Source: a virus (taxonomy: Duplodnaviria; Caudoviricetes). From it: a stretch of DNA of 64,000 bases. Made by a program: the position numbers and the translations under genes. Below are positions 10,565-19,748 of the stretch, piece after piece. The DNA lies in IMG/VR virus record IMGVR_UViG_3300026549_000046, positions 32,001 to 96,000 of that record; one strand, written 5' to 3'. The notes beneath the pieces were generated by a model that was not told the origin of the DNA, did not search any database, and saw nothing but the letters and a program-made list of their open reading frames with translations. Position 1 is the stretch's first letter. Each line of letters begins with the position of its first letter.

Positions 10565-10761
10565 TGGAATATTTTATTAAAGAAGGTTGGTAGTTAAATC
10601 CAAATGAAAAAATAGTAAAAGGAATTACTAAACTATTAGAAAGAAATGAAGGAATTTGCCCTTGTATTCATGAAGAAAATTGTGGAGACTTGCATTGCCC
10701 TTGTGAAGACTATAGATTACGAGATAAATGCTGTTGCCAATTATATATTAGAAAAGTATGA
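10564..10761 (+). CDS. ferredoxin-thioredoxin reductase catalytic (beta) chain-like protein, one TAG read as Gln (65 aa)
   Basis: MEYFIKEGW*LNPNEKIVKGI...GICPC...CPC...KCCCQLY; exactly fills the nrdD-nrdG gap with TAATG and ATGA overlaps; TAG at 10591. Confidence 0.75.
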
Positions 10762-11222
10762 AATATCTTAATACTGCAATTACTTTTAGAGAATTTCCAG
10801 ATGAAATTTCTTTATGTATAAATATAACTAATTGCTCTTTCCACTGCTCGGGATGTCATAGTCCAGAACTTTGGGAAGATATTGGTACTGAATTAACTTT
10901 TAAAGAATTACATAAACTTATATATTCTAATAAAGGAATTACTTTAGTTGGGTTTATGGGAGGATTACCTAAGAAAATTAATGAATTAGCTGAATATGTT
11001 AAAAATATAGATCCTCCTTTAAAAGTTGGTTGGTATTATGGCGGAACTGATATTCCATCTGAAATTAATTTAGAAAATTTTGATTATATTAAAATAGGTC
11101 CTTATATAAAAGAACTAGGAGGACTAGATAAGCCTACTACTAATCAAAGAATGTATCAAATTTCTAAAATGGAAACTGGAGAATTTACTATAGAAAATAT
11201 AACATTTAAATTTTGGAAATAA
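10758..11222 (+). CDS. nrdG: anaerobic RNR activating radical-SAM protein
   Basis: CSFHCSGCH (CxxxCxxC), TNQR motif, next to nrdD. Confidence 0.93.
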   Translation: MKYLNTAITFREFPDEISLCINITNCSFHCSGCHSPELWEDIGTELTFKELHKLIYSNKGITLVGFMGGLPKKINELAEYVKNIDPPLKVGWYYGGTDIPSEINLENFDYIKIGPYIKELGGLDKPTTNQRMYQISKMETGEFTIENITFKFWK

Positions 11223-11223
11223 T

Positions 11224-11496
11224 ATGAAAATTGTAACAGATTCTACTAAATATGATTGGAATGGAGAGGATATATTTTTAGACGAAGTTTCTATGAAATA
11301 TATTCAAGCTCCAGATTGTACTGAAAATAAAGATAATGATGACCAGGAATTGATTATTACAACTCGTGATGGTGGAGGAGGCAAATTCTTAAATCTAAAA
11401 ACTAATAATTGGAGTATTTCTGGATTGGAAGACTTAAAATTAGTTATTGAGGATTTTAATAAAAGAATAGAAAATGAAAGTACTGATAATACCTGA
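11224..11496 (+). CDS. hypothetical protein
   Basis: 90-aa ORF in the operon. Confidence 0.65.
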   Translation: MKIVTDSTKYDWNGEDIFLDEVSMKYIQAPDCTENKDNDDQELIITTRDGGGGKFLNLKTNNWSISGLEDLKLVIEDFNKRIENESTDNT

Positions 11497-12277
11497 TATA
11501 CATTGCCGTAAATTTTGGAGGAAAGCCTTATCTGATAATACAGATAAGGTTGATAAGGTAATCTTTTTAGGAGATTACATTGATCCCTATCCAGATGAAA
11601 TAGAAGAAAATCCAGAATTAATGGAATGTGACAATTTCTATGATTCAGAAAATCTCCTTATAATGCTTAATGATATTGTTTCATTAAAAAAGATTAATCC
11701 AAATAAATATATTCTTCTTTGCGGAAATCATACATGTAGCTATATATGGAGTAATTTTTCCGCTGCAACAAGAACTGACCATAAAAATTGGAAAAATTAT
11801 CATAACTTCTTTTTAGAAAATTTAGAATATTTTAACTCAGTTTGGATTGAAGACAATTGTATATTTAGTCATGCAGGCATTTCAAAAGGTTGGGCAAATG
11901 AATTTTTGTATCATTATATGAAATATGATGAAGGAGCCGAACTTGAAAAAAATTCTTTAGTATTTGAAACTGCAAGAGTTTTAAAAGATACTCAATTAAA
12001 AGATTTTAATCAATATTATATTAGTGCTATAAGATGTATTTCTTCATATAGATGGGGAGGTGCTCCATACGGTTCTTGTGAATGGGCTGATATAAGAGAA
12101 CATATTGATTTAAAATCTAGTAATACTGAAATAACACCTAAAGGAGAAGATGGAATATATCAAATATTCGGACATACTCAGTTAAAACAACCTCTTATTA
12201 CTGACAAATGGGCTTGTTTAGATTGTAGAAAAGCTTTTATTATAGACACTAATACATATGAAATTACAGACTGTTAA
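11474..12277 (+). CDS. metallophosphoesterase
   Basis: PDIH, LGDYID, GNH, SHAG and FGHT motifs. Confidence 0.85.
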   Translation: MKVLIIPDIHCRKFWRKALSDNTDKVDKVIFLGDYIDPYPDEIEENPELMECDNFYDSENLLIMLNDIVSLKKINPNKYILLCGNHTCSYIWSNFSAATRTDHKNWKNYHNFFLENLEYFNSVWIEDNCIFSHAGISKGWANEFLYHYMKYDEGAELEKNSLVFETARVLKDTQLKDFNQYYISAIRCISSYRWGGAPYGSCEWADIREHIDLKSSNTEITPKGEDGIYQIFGHTQLKQPLITDKWACLDCRKAFIIDTNTYEITDC

Positions 12278-12476
12278 ATATGAATTATGCGATAGTTGGT
12301 TTGGATCTGAATACGTACCAGATAATCCTAGAAGTGTAATAATTTATACTTTAGAGGGCAGAGAAGCAGAAGGTAAATATGAAAACGGTAAATGGTTTCA
12401 ATATAGATGGAACTGCGAAGTTCATCCAAAATGCTGGAGAGAAATGCCTAGATATGAAAGTAACTGTAATTTATAA
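12258..12476 (+). CDS. hypothetical protein
   Basis: 72-aa Trp-rich ORF ending CWREMP. Confidence 0.55.
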   Translation: MKLQTVKYELCDSWFGSEYVPDNPRSVIIYTLEGREAEGKYENGKWFQYRWNCEVHPKCWREMPRYESNCNL

Positions 12477-12738
12477 TAATATAAAAGATAAGGAATTTCT
12501 AGATAAAATTAATCTAGAGATTCCTTTTTTTGTGGAATACATAGATGTCAATACGGTAAGAGGAAAAAAAGAAGGTTGGAAAGTAATGAATTATTATGGT
12601 ACAAATAAATTTCCTTTTGTAGAATTAGAATTAGATAGAGTAGAAAATAAATATAAACCGTTTTACAGTGAAAATGGTAATGCTGTAGGACAACTTATTA
12701 ATTATTTAAAGTGTTTAAATGAAAAAGAAAACAACTGA
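12454..12738 (+). CDS. glutaredoxin/thioredoxin-fold-like protein lacking CxxC
   Basis: MKVTVIY...VEYIDV...YGTNKFPFV pattern; start moved to the ATG at 12454. Confidence 0.4.
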   Translation: MKVTVIYNNIKDKEFLDKINLEIPFFVEYIDVNTVRGKKEGWKVMNYYGTNKFPFVELELDRVENKYKPFYSENGNAVGQLINYLKCLNEKENN

Positions 12739-13645
12739 ATAGTTTATAAAAGAAGCTCAGAATATTCATAATAATAAGTATAGTTATGAAAAAACTGTAT
12801 ATACAGGAGTATTTAATAAAGTAATTATTACTTGTCCTAAACACGGAGATTTCTTACAAACTCCTCACGATCATTTATAGGGCAAAGGTTGTAAAGGTTG
12901 TATGTGTGATAAAGCAAGATTAAGAAATCTTTCTAATACGTAGGAATTTATTGAAAAAGCACATAAAATTCATGACGGTAAATACGATTATAGTAAAGTA
13001 GATTATAAAAATGCAAAAACTAAAATATGTATTATTTGTCCTAAACATGGTGAATTTTATTAGACTCCAGATCATCATTTGCAAGGACAAGGATGTCCGA
13101 AATGTTCTGGAAAGAATAAAACTACAGAAGAATGGATAGAACAAGCAAAACATATTCATAAAAATAGATATGACTATTCTAATAGTATCTATATAAATAG
13201 TAGTACTCCAATAAAAATTATTTGTCCTATACATGGAGAATTTCAATAGTTGCCGGTAAATCATCTTAGTGGACATGGATGTTATAAATGTTCTAGATCT
13301 CATGGAGAAATAAAAATAGAAAACTATTTAAATAATTTAAATATAGAATATAAAAGTTTCTATAGAATTTGTATAGACAGAAATATAAATCCAAAGGGTT
13401 ATGCAGAGATAGATTTTTATATTCCGTCTATGAATTTATTTATAGAATATAATGGAAGACAACATTATATACCTATAGAACATTTTGGTGGAAGATTAGA
13501 ATTAGAACACCAACAAAAACGAGACGAATTTGTTAGAGAATATTGTAAAAGAAACAATATTAGATTGTTAGAAATTCCTTATACAGATGAAAATAATATT
13601 GATAATATATTAAACGATTTGTTTTATGAAAGAAATAAAATTTAA
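12719..13645 (+). CDS. homing-type endonuclease: three Zn repeats plus Vsr/DUF559-like nuclease; TAG-recoded (308 aa)
   Basis: MKKKTTE*FIKEA...CPKHG; five in-frame TAG; in frame with track ORF 13250..13645 (IDFYIPSMNLFIEYNGRQHY). Confidence 0.85.
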
Positions 13646-14135
13646 AAAATTATGTGATAAAGCAATTATTCCAGACTTTAAACATATAGGAGATGCTGGA
13701 AAAGATTTATTTGCTGTAGGAGTTAAATATAATTCTAAATATGACAGATTAGAATATAATTTAGGATTTGCAACAGAAATACCGGAAGGGTATCAAATAT
13801 CTATTAGACCTAGAAGTACTAATACTAAAAAAGATTGGTATATTCCTAATACACCAGGAACTATAGATTCAAATTATAGGGGAGAATGGTTTGTGATGTT
13901 TAAATATCGTATACCATTTGAACAGATGTTTCCAGAAGGAGACAAACAATTAAATGTATTAGAGTTTGAAAATGAAATTCTTCCAAAAATTCTTCCATAT
14001 TCTTTAGAAGAAGCAATTGCTCAATGTTTTCTTGAAAAGGTAGAAGATTGGAAATTTGTAGAAGTGGATGAACTTTCAGATTCTAACAGAGGTGCAGATG
14101 GTGGACTTGTTCGCGATGATAAAAACTTTAAATGA
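13626..14135 (+). CDS. dut: dUTPase
   Basis: GDAGKDL, RPRS, GTIDSNYRGE, IAQ and SNRGADGG motifs. Confidence 0.9.
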   Translation: MKEIKFKKLCDKAIIPDFKHIGDAGKDLFAVGVKYNSKYDRLEYNLGFATEIPEGYQISIRPRSTNTKKDWYIPNTPGTIDSNYRGEWFVMFKYRIPFEQMFPEGDKQLNVLEFENEILPKILPYSLEEAIAQCFLEKVEDWKFVEVDELSDSNRGADGGLVRDDKNFK

Positions 14136-14494
14136 TGATTACTAAAGAAGAATTTACAAAATTTATAGAATCTTATCAAGAATTTCAAAATGAAATTGAC
14201 AATCTTGATATGGCTTTAACTGGAAGAAATTATCCAAGTATTCTTTTTGAATGTGGTTGGTATGATGCTGTAGGTAAAATGTTAGATGTATTTTTAGATA
14301 CAAATTTCATGGATCACGGAATAGATTGGATTACTTATTTTTTATGGGAAGATACTGATGATAAAGCAGCATACGTGAAACAAGATAAAGATATGTTTAA
14401 TGAAGAAAAGGAAATTCGTTATCCATTAACTACAATAGATGAATTATGGGATTTCCTTTTAACCGATAAAAATCTTTATTTTAAAAATGTCTGA
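14132..14494 (+). CDS. hypothetical protein
   Basis: 120-aa coupled ORF. Confidence 0.7.
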   Translation: MMITKEEFTKFIESYQEFQNEIDNLDMALTGRNYPSILFECGWYDAVGKMLDVFLDTNFMDHGIDWITYFLWEDTDDKAAYVKQDKDMFNEEKEIRYPLTTIDELWDFLLTDKNLYFKNV

Positions 14495-15746
14495 TTTATT
14501 TTCTTCTCAAATTCCTGACGAAAGAACTAGTTATTTAATTAGTCGAGATACTAAAGGAAAAATTCGTATTGCTATTATAAGTTATGAATTAATTAAAGAA
14601 GAAAATAATAGATATTTTATAATACATAGGGTATCTGGACAGTTAGGAGGTAAAAGAACTAAACAACCAGATATTATAGTTGATAGAGGAAAAGCAACTC
14701 GTAATCTTTTGGAACAAGTAGATTTGCAATTTAATCATTTAGTTAAAGAAAAGAAGGATAAGGGTTATAGAGAAGTTACTAAAGATCCAGAAGAATATAT
14801 GATTTCTGAATTAGAAGGAATTCTCGGATATATAGTTACTAATCAAGATAATGTTCCAAAACCAATGCTTGCTAAACAAGTAGATAAAGTAACTAATATG
14901 AAAATATTTGACAAAGAGTGGTATGCTTCAAGAAAAATCGATGGGTTGCGTTGCTTAATTTATATGGGAGATGATGGAAATCTTCATACTGCTTCTAGAG
15001 GAGCCATGAATTATGATGCTGCAATGTCCGACATTCTTGAACATCCTGATTTGATTCAACTCTTTAAAGAAAATCCAGGACTTATTATGGATGGAGAATG
15101 TTATCATCATGGATATAGTCTTCAACAGCTTAATAGTATTGCTCGTACACAAAAAACTGCTGTTGATTATGAAGTTCTCCAATTCTATTGGTATGATATT
15201 GTGGATACTAATTCTATATTTGAAGAAAGATGGACATATATGCAAGACTTAGTAGACGCATTAAATAAAACATCTCAATTTATCTCGTTTGACCCAGAAA
15301 GAGAATTTAAGGATGGAGAACTAAGGATTCAATTTGTACCTCAAATATTAGTATCTGGGTATGATAACATGATTAAACTACATAATGATTATGTAGAAGA
15401 CGGTTGGGAAGGTTTAGTTATTCGTGATCCCGATAAAGTTTATCGTCCTAATGGAAGAACGAATGATATGATTAAAATAAAAGTTTATCGTGATGACCTC
15501 TTTAAAGTGGTTGGTTATGAATTAGGTCTTCGGGGAAGTGAAGATATGGTATTTATTTGTCAGACTGAAGGTGGTAAAGAATTTAAAGCTAAACCTTTAG
15601 GAGATAGAGCCCAGAAAGAAGAATATATAAACAACTTTGACTCTTTATATAAGAACCATATTGGAGAATGTAAATTCTTCTATTATTCTGATGAAGGAAC
15701 TCCTCTTCAGCCTGCTTTTAAAGCTTTTAGGGAGGATATAGAATGA
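14487..15746 (+). CDS. ATP-dependent DNA ligase
   Basis: PMLA, KIDGLR, MDGE, EGLVIR and IKIK motifs. Confidence 0.92.
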   Translation: MSDLFSSQIPDERTSYLISRDTKGKIRIAIISYELIKEENNRYFIIHRVSGQLGGKRTKQPDIIVDRGKATRNLLEQVDLQFNHLVKEKKDKGYREVTKDPEEYMISELEGILGYIVTNQDNVPKPMLAKQVDKVTNMKIFDKEWYASRKIDGLRCLIYMGDDGNLHTASRGAMNYDAAMSDILEHPDLIQLFKENPGLIMDGECYHHGYSLQQLNSIARTQKTAVDYEVLQFYWYDIVDTNSIFEERWTYMQDLVDALNKTSQFISFDPEREFKDGELRIQFVPQILVSGYDNMIKLHNDYVEDGWEGLVIRDPDKVYRPNGRTNDMIKIKVYRDDLFKVVGYELGLRGSEDMVFICQTEGGKEFKAKPLGDRAQKEEYINNFDSLYKNHIGECKFFYYSDEGTPLQPAFKAFREDIE

Positions 15747-16321
15747 TATATATGTTAAAATCTGGAGAGTATATAAAGATAGGATATACTCAATCTTTAA
15801 AAACTTTTCCAAAAAGAATGGAAAGTTATTTTACTCACAATCCAGATGTTGAATTTATTGGATATAAAGAAGGAGATAAACAATTAGAGAAAAAATTTCA
15901 TGATAATTTATTTAAATATAAAATTGATTCTGCTTTAGAATGGTTTAAAGTTCCTGATGATATTTTTACAAAATTATTAAGTATATTTAATCCTGAAGGA
16001 AAAACTTATATAATAATAGGCTTTAGAAAAAATGATAGTATAGAAGAAAAAAACTTATCTGATTGTTTTGAAGAAGTTCATAAATACACTTTAGAATATT
16101 TTATTAATAATGTTAAAGATTTTTATTCTTCAGAAGAATTAAAAAAATTAATAATAGATATTAATTCAAAATTTAATATTAGATTAAATATAAGACCTGC
16201 TTCAGTTGGATTAATTGTAAGTATTAAAAAGACTACTATGAGAATTCCAATTACAAAAGGTGGTGGAACAAAAACAATGTATAAGTATTGTGGAAAAGAT
16301 CCTAATTACCACTATACTTAA
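15743..16321 (+). CDS. GIY-YIG / T5orf172-like endonuclease
   Basis: MIYMLK...YIKIGYT...R...NP...EKKFH...EWF; contains no TAG. Confidence 0.7.
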   Translation: MIYMLKSGEYIKIGYTQSLKTFPKRMESYFTHNPDVEFIGYKEGDKQLEKKFHDNLFKYKIDSALEWFKVPDDIFTKLLSIFNPEGKTYIIIGFRKNDSIEEKNLSDCFEEVHKYTLEYFINNVKDFYSSEELKKLIIDINSKFNIRLNIRPASVGLIVSIKKTTMRIPITKGGGTKTMYKYCGKDPNYHYT

Positions 16322-16341
16322 TATTAATTATTATTATAATT

Positions 16342-16701
16342 ATGATTAAATCTTGGTTGATTACAACAATGGCTCCTTTTTATGGAACTGAACAATACTA
16401 TACAGCTTTTTCTTCAGAAGATCCCTTAAAAATAAAAGAAGTTCAAGACTGGTTTTGGGATGAAGAAACTGAAAATTTATGGGACATGTATTCATTTTAT
16501 TGTGATGATGAATTTAGTGAAGAACTAGAAAATTGGGAAGGTGATGAAGATGAATTTTGGCAACAAAAACATCAGGACTGGAAAGAAGATTGTAGTATTA
16601 ATTCAGAAGAAATGCCTTTAGAAGATCTTCAAGATTATATTTCAGGAGGTCCTAAATCAGAAAATGATTTGCCAGAAATTATTTATGATGAAAGAAAATG
16701 A
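16342..16701 (+). CDS. acidic hypothetical protein
   Basis: 119-aa D/E/W-rich ORF. Confidence 0.7.
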   Translation: MIKSWLITTMAPFYGTEQYYTAFSSEDPLKIKEVQDWFWDEETENLWDMYSFYCDDEFSEELENWEGDEDEFWQQKHQDWKEDCSINSEEMPLEDLQDYISGGPKSENDLPEIIYDERK

Positions 16702-17216
16702 TTCAATTAGTAGTTAATGTTAATCTTCTTAGAGAAATAGATGAGCGTAAGTTAATTAATGCTTACGCTCGTTTTATGTATAATGATGAAAAGGATGTTG
16801 ATGACGATGTCCAAATAAAAGAAAATCTTATACAGCTTCTTGATTGGGATAAAAATGGGGATAATGGATTAGCCTTTTATTGTAGTAAATTTGAGAAACT
16901 AAAAAAGAAAGATTGGGAATTTCTTATTAAGTTTATTAAAGAAAACAGAGAAGAAATTAAAACAATTTCTTATTATCCAGCAAAAAATAGAAAATTAGAA
17001 TCGATAAAAGTTATTAATAATGCTGTAGAAGCTAAGAAGAAACATAAAATAGAAAGATTTACTGATCCTCAATATAAAGTTAGTGGTAGGGGTAAAAAGG
17101 CCAAACCTTGTGTATATGAAGGAAGACATTATATATCTCAACAGGAATGTATGTACAAAGAAGGATTAACTAAATATCATTTATGGAAATATTTAAAAGA
17201 AACTGGACAAACATGA
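16698..17216 (+). CDS. hypothetical protein
   Basis: 172-aa coupled ORF. Confidence 0.7.
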   Translation: MIQLVVNVNLLREIDERKLINAYARFMYNDEKDVDDDVQIKENLIQLLDWDKNGDNGLAFYCSKFEKLKKKDWEFLIKFIKENREEIKTISYYPAKNRKLESIKVINNAVEAKKKHKIERFTDPQYKVSGRGKKAKPCVYEGRHYISQQECMYKEGLTKYHLWKYLKETGQT

Positions 17217-17494
17217 AAGAAATAAATCTTTATAATCGTGACAGAGCTAATTTACGGTTAATAAAATCTGATAAGCAAATAGATAAAAATATTTGGGTAT
17301 GGTATTTAGACGTTGACAAAGAACACAAATATGTACTTGATTTTTGTAGATATATTGGAGATAACTTTTTAGAACCAGAAGCTATTGATCCATCGGGGGG
17401 TCCTATGATTAATTTAGGGGATGAATTTGAAGGAAAATATAAGATAGTTAAAATTAATTCTGTTAATAATATTTGGATAAGTGAACTTCAATGA
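17213..17494 (+). CDS. hypothetical protein (IDPSGGP motif)
   Basis: ATGA overlap with the upstream gene. Confidence 0.65.
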   Translation: MKEINLYNRDRANLRLIKSDKQIDKNIWVWYLDVDKEHKYVLDFCRYIGDNFLEPEAIDPSGGPMINLGDEFEGKYKIVKINSVNNIWISELQ

Positions 17495-18299
17495 AGACAA
17501 AGAACTCTTAAAAGACTATTTTAAGGATATATCAAAATATCCAGTTCTTTCTAGTGAAGAGCAAATTGAATTAGCTAGGAAAGTAAAGAATGGGGATAAT
17601 AAAGCTAAAGATAAATTAATAACTTCAAATCTTAGATTTGTTATTACTTGTGCTAGACAATATTCTGGACAAGGAGTTCCTTTAATAGATCTTATAAATG
17701 CAGGAAACTATGGACTACTTTTAAGTTGTGCTAATTTTGATCCAGAAAGAGGCTATAAGTTTTTAAGTTTTGCAGTTTGGTATATTAGAAGAGAGATAAT
17801 TAAAGAAATTTATAATAACGGAAGAACAATAAGATATCCTATTACATATATAAGTAAAATAACGAAAGTAAAAAAAGCTTATGATGAATATGTTTTAAAA
17901 TATCAAAAAGAACCCTCTGACGAGGAGTTAATTAAATTAACTAATTTAACTGAAAAACAGTATAATTCTGTTATAACAAACAAATCTTATTGTCAATCCA
18001 TAGATACACCAATTTCAAAGAATGAAAAAACTACTATAGAAGATATATTAGAAGATAATAGTAATTCTAGTATTGATTCTTTTGGTGTTGAAGCTATTGA
18101 AAATTCCTTAAAGATTCTCAATCCTAAAGAATATTTAGTTATAACTAAATTTTATGGTCTATGTGGAAATCAAGAAAGTGCCATAAAAGATATTGCTAAA
18201 GAATTAGGACTAGGAGATGAAAGAATTAGACAAATTAGAAAATCTGCAATAAAAAAATTAAAAAGTAGGTGCGGAAAAACTTTAAAAACATTATTATGA
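17481..18299 (+). CDS. RNA polymerase sigma-70 family factor
   Basis: Region 1.2 (YFKDISKYPVLS), region 2 (SNLRFV, DLINAGNYGL, FDPERGYKFLSFAVWYIR), region 4 (ERIRQI). Confidence 0.92.
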   Translation: MNFNEDKELLKDYFKDISKYPVLSSEEQIELARKVKNGDNKAKDKLITSNLRFVITCARQYSGQGVPLIDLINAGNYGLLLSCANFDPERGYKFLSFAVWYIRREIIKEIYNNGRTIRYPITYISKITKVKKAYDEYVLKYQKEPSDEELIKLTNLTEKQYNSVITNKSYCQSIDTPISKNEKTTIEDILEDNSNSSIDSFGVEAIENSLKILNPKEYLVITKFYGLCGNQESAIKDIAKELGLGDERIRQIRKSAIKKLKSRCGKTLKTLL

Positions 18300-18595
18300 T
18301 ACCAAAGGAATTTACAATTAATAACACTACATATAAAGTTTCTTTATTAGAATCCTCCGAAAAGGATTTGAACTATAATTTAGGAGATTATTGTGGAATA
18401 TTACATGAGATTAGAGTGGCTAAAAATGTCAGAGTAGATGAAACAGATATTAAACTATCTGATGATGATATATTATTAACTTATCTTCATGAATTAGGAC
18501 ACTGTTTTGGAGATTATTATAAAGATGATCATAGTGAAGAATTTGCTTGCGCTTTTAGTCACTTTATGTTTGATTATATAAAAAGTAAGAAATGA
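18296..18595 (+). CDS. small HExxH metallopeptidase-like protein
   Basis: TYLHELGH...SEEFA. Confidence 0.6.
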   Translation: MIPKEFTINNTTYKVSLLESSEKDLNYNLGDYCGILHEIRVAKNVRVDETDIKLSDDDILLTYLHELGHCFGDYYKDDHSEEFACAFSHFMFDYIKSKK

Positions 18596-18745
18596 TATAT
18601 TTTACTATTGCTAAAAATGAATGTGGATATTTAATTGATAGTATTTCTGAAGATTTAGAAGCACTTAAAAGAAAATTTCCAGATGAAAAAATATATAAAT
18701 CAGATGAGCCTATAGTAAGTATTTATGTAATTAAAGATCAATTAA

Positions 18746-19003
18746 ATGAAATTTATAGTTGAAAGAAATTTTTTGGTTAAGACTGAAGAAGTTTTAGATT
18801 TAAATCCAAAAGATTTTCTTCATTGTGCTAATATAATGGAGCTTAACGATGAAATAAACGACTATATTTCGAATAAATGTGAGCATCCAACACATCCTGG
18901 ATTTCAAGATTCAGAAGAAATAGGTTGTAGATATTTCGAACAATGGCCTTTTTCATTTTATTTAGAATGGCAAAAACTAAAGGGACTTCCAGAGGAGCTG
19001 TAA
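18746..19003 (+). CDS. hypothetical protein
   Basis: 85-aa ORF. Confidence 0.6.
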   Translation: MKFIVERNFLVKTEEVLDLNPKDFLHCANIMELNDEINDYISNKCEHPTHPGFQDSEEIGCRYFEQWPFSFYLEWQKLKGLPEEL

Positions 19004-19311
19004 TTCCAGTTAAAACCCAACCAATTTGGCAAATAGGAATGTTATTTCCAGATGGAAGAAAAATAAGTAAACCTAAATGTACTTTAAATGAAATATTTAA
19101 TACTTACTTTATAGGATTAGATAAATATTTAGATAAAGGACTTTCTTCGGAAGAACTTTTAAATAAATATAAAGAATCTTTTATTAGTAAGGGAATTAAA
19201 GTACAAATTAATTATATAGATTCTTACGGACACTTATGGAAAGGAAAAGTTGCTTGGCCTAGAGAATCCAAGTTTATAGAATATTTAAATAATAGATTAA
19301 ATGAAAAATGA
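18943..19311 (+). CDS. hypothetical protein (start uncertain)
   Basis: ORF track; the 5' end overlaps the previous gene. Confidence 0.5.
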   Translation: MAFFILFRMAKTKGTSRGAVIPVKTQPIWQIGMLFPDGRKISKPKCTLNEIFNTYFIGLDKYLDKGLSSEELLNKYKESFISKGIKVQINYIDSYGHLWKGKVAWPRESKFIEYLNNRLNEK

Positions 19312-19361
19312 AAAATATTATCTTTTTTTAACTTTTAAACTTAAAGAAGAAATAGAAAAAA

Positions 19362-19748
19362 ATGACTGAAAAAGAATTTTTAGAAAAGAGAATTCCTATA
19401 TGGCTTGAAGGAGAGGATTTACATGTATCTACTCCTTCTAATATGGATAAGAATAATATTCATGCAATGCTTACAAAAAAGTACGGATATAATTTTATGT
19501 TTTGTATTAGGGGATATTATTGGCCAGGTTCTCATGTTCAATTATATATTGGACAATATGAATGTCCTAACTGTACTTTATTAGTAACATCATATTTATT
19601 TCAATATTTTCCAGATATTAAATATATTGGATTTGGCTGTTATGAAGGAAACCCCGGGGAAATATGGCCGGCCAAGATAGTTGTAGCTAGAAATATGGAG
19701 TGTTTGAAGGATGATATACTTAATAAGCAAACAGAAGCAGCTGTTTAA
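19362..19748 (+). CDS. hypothetical protein
   Basis: 128-aa ORF. Confidence 0.65.
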   Translation: MTEKEFLEKRIPIWLEGEDLHVSTPSNMDKNNIHAMLTKKYGYNFMFCIRGYYWPGSHVQLYIGQYECPNCTLLVTSYLFQYFPDIKYIGFGCYEGNPGEIWPAKIVVARNMECLKDDILNKQTEAAV

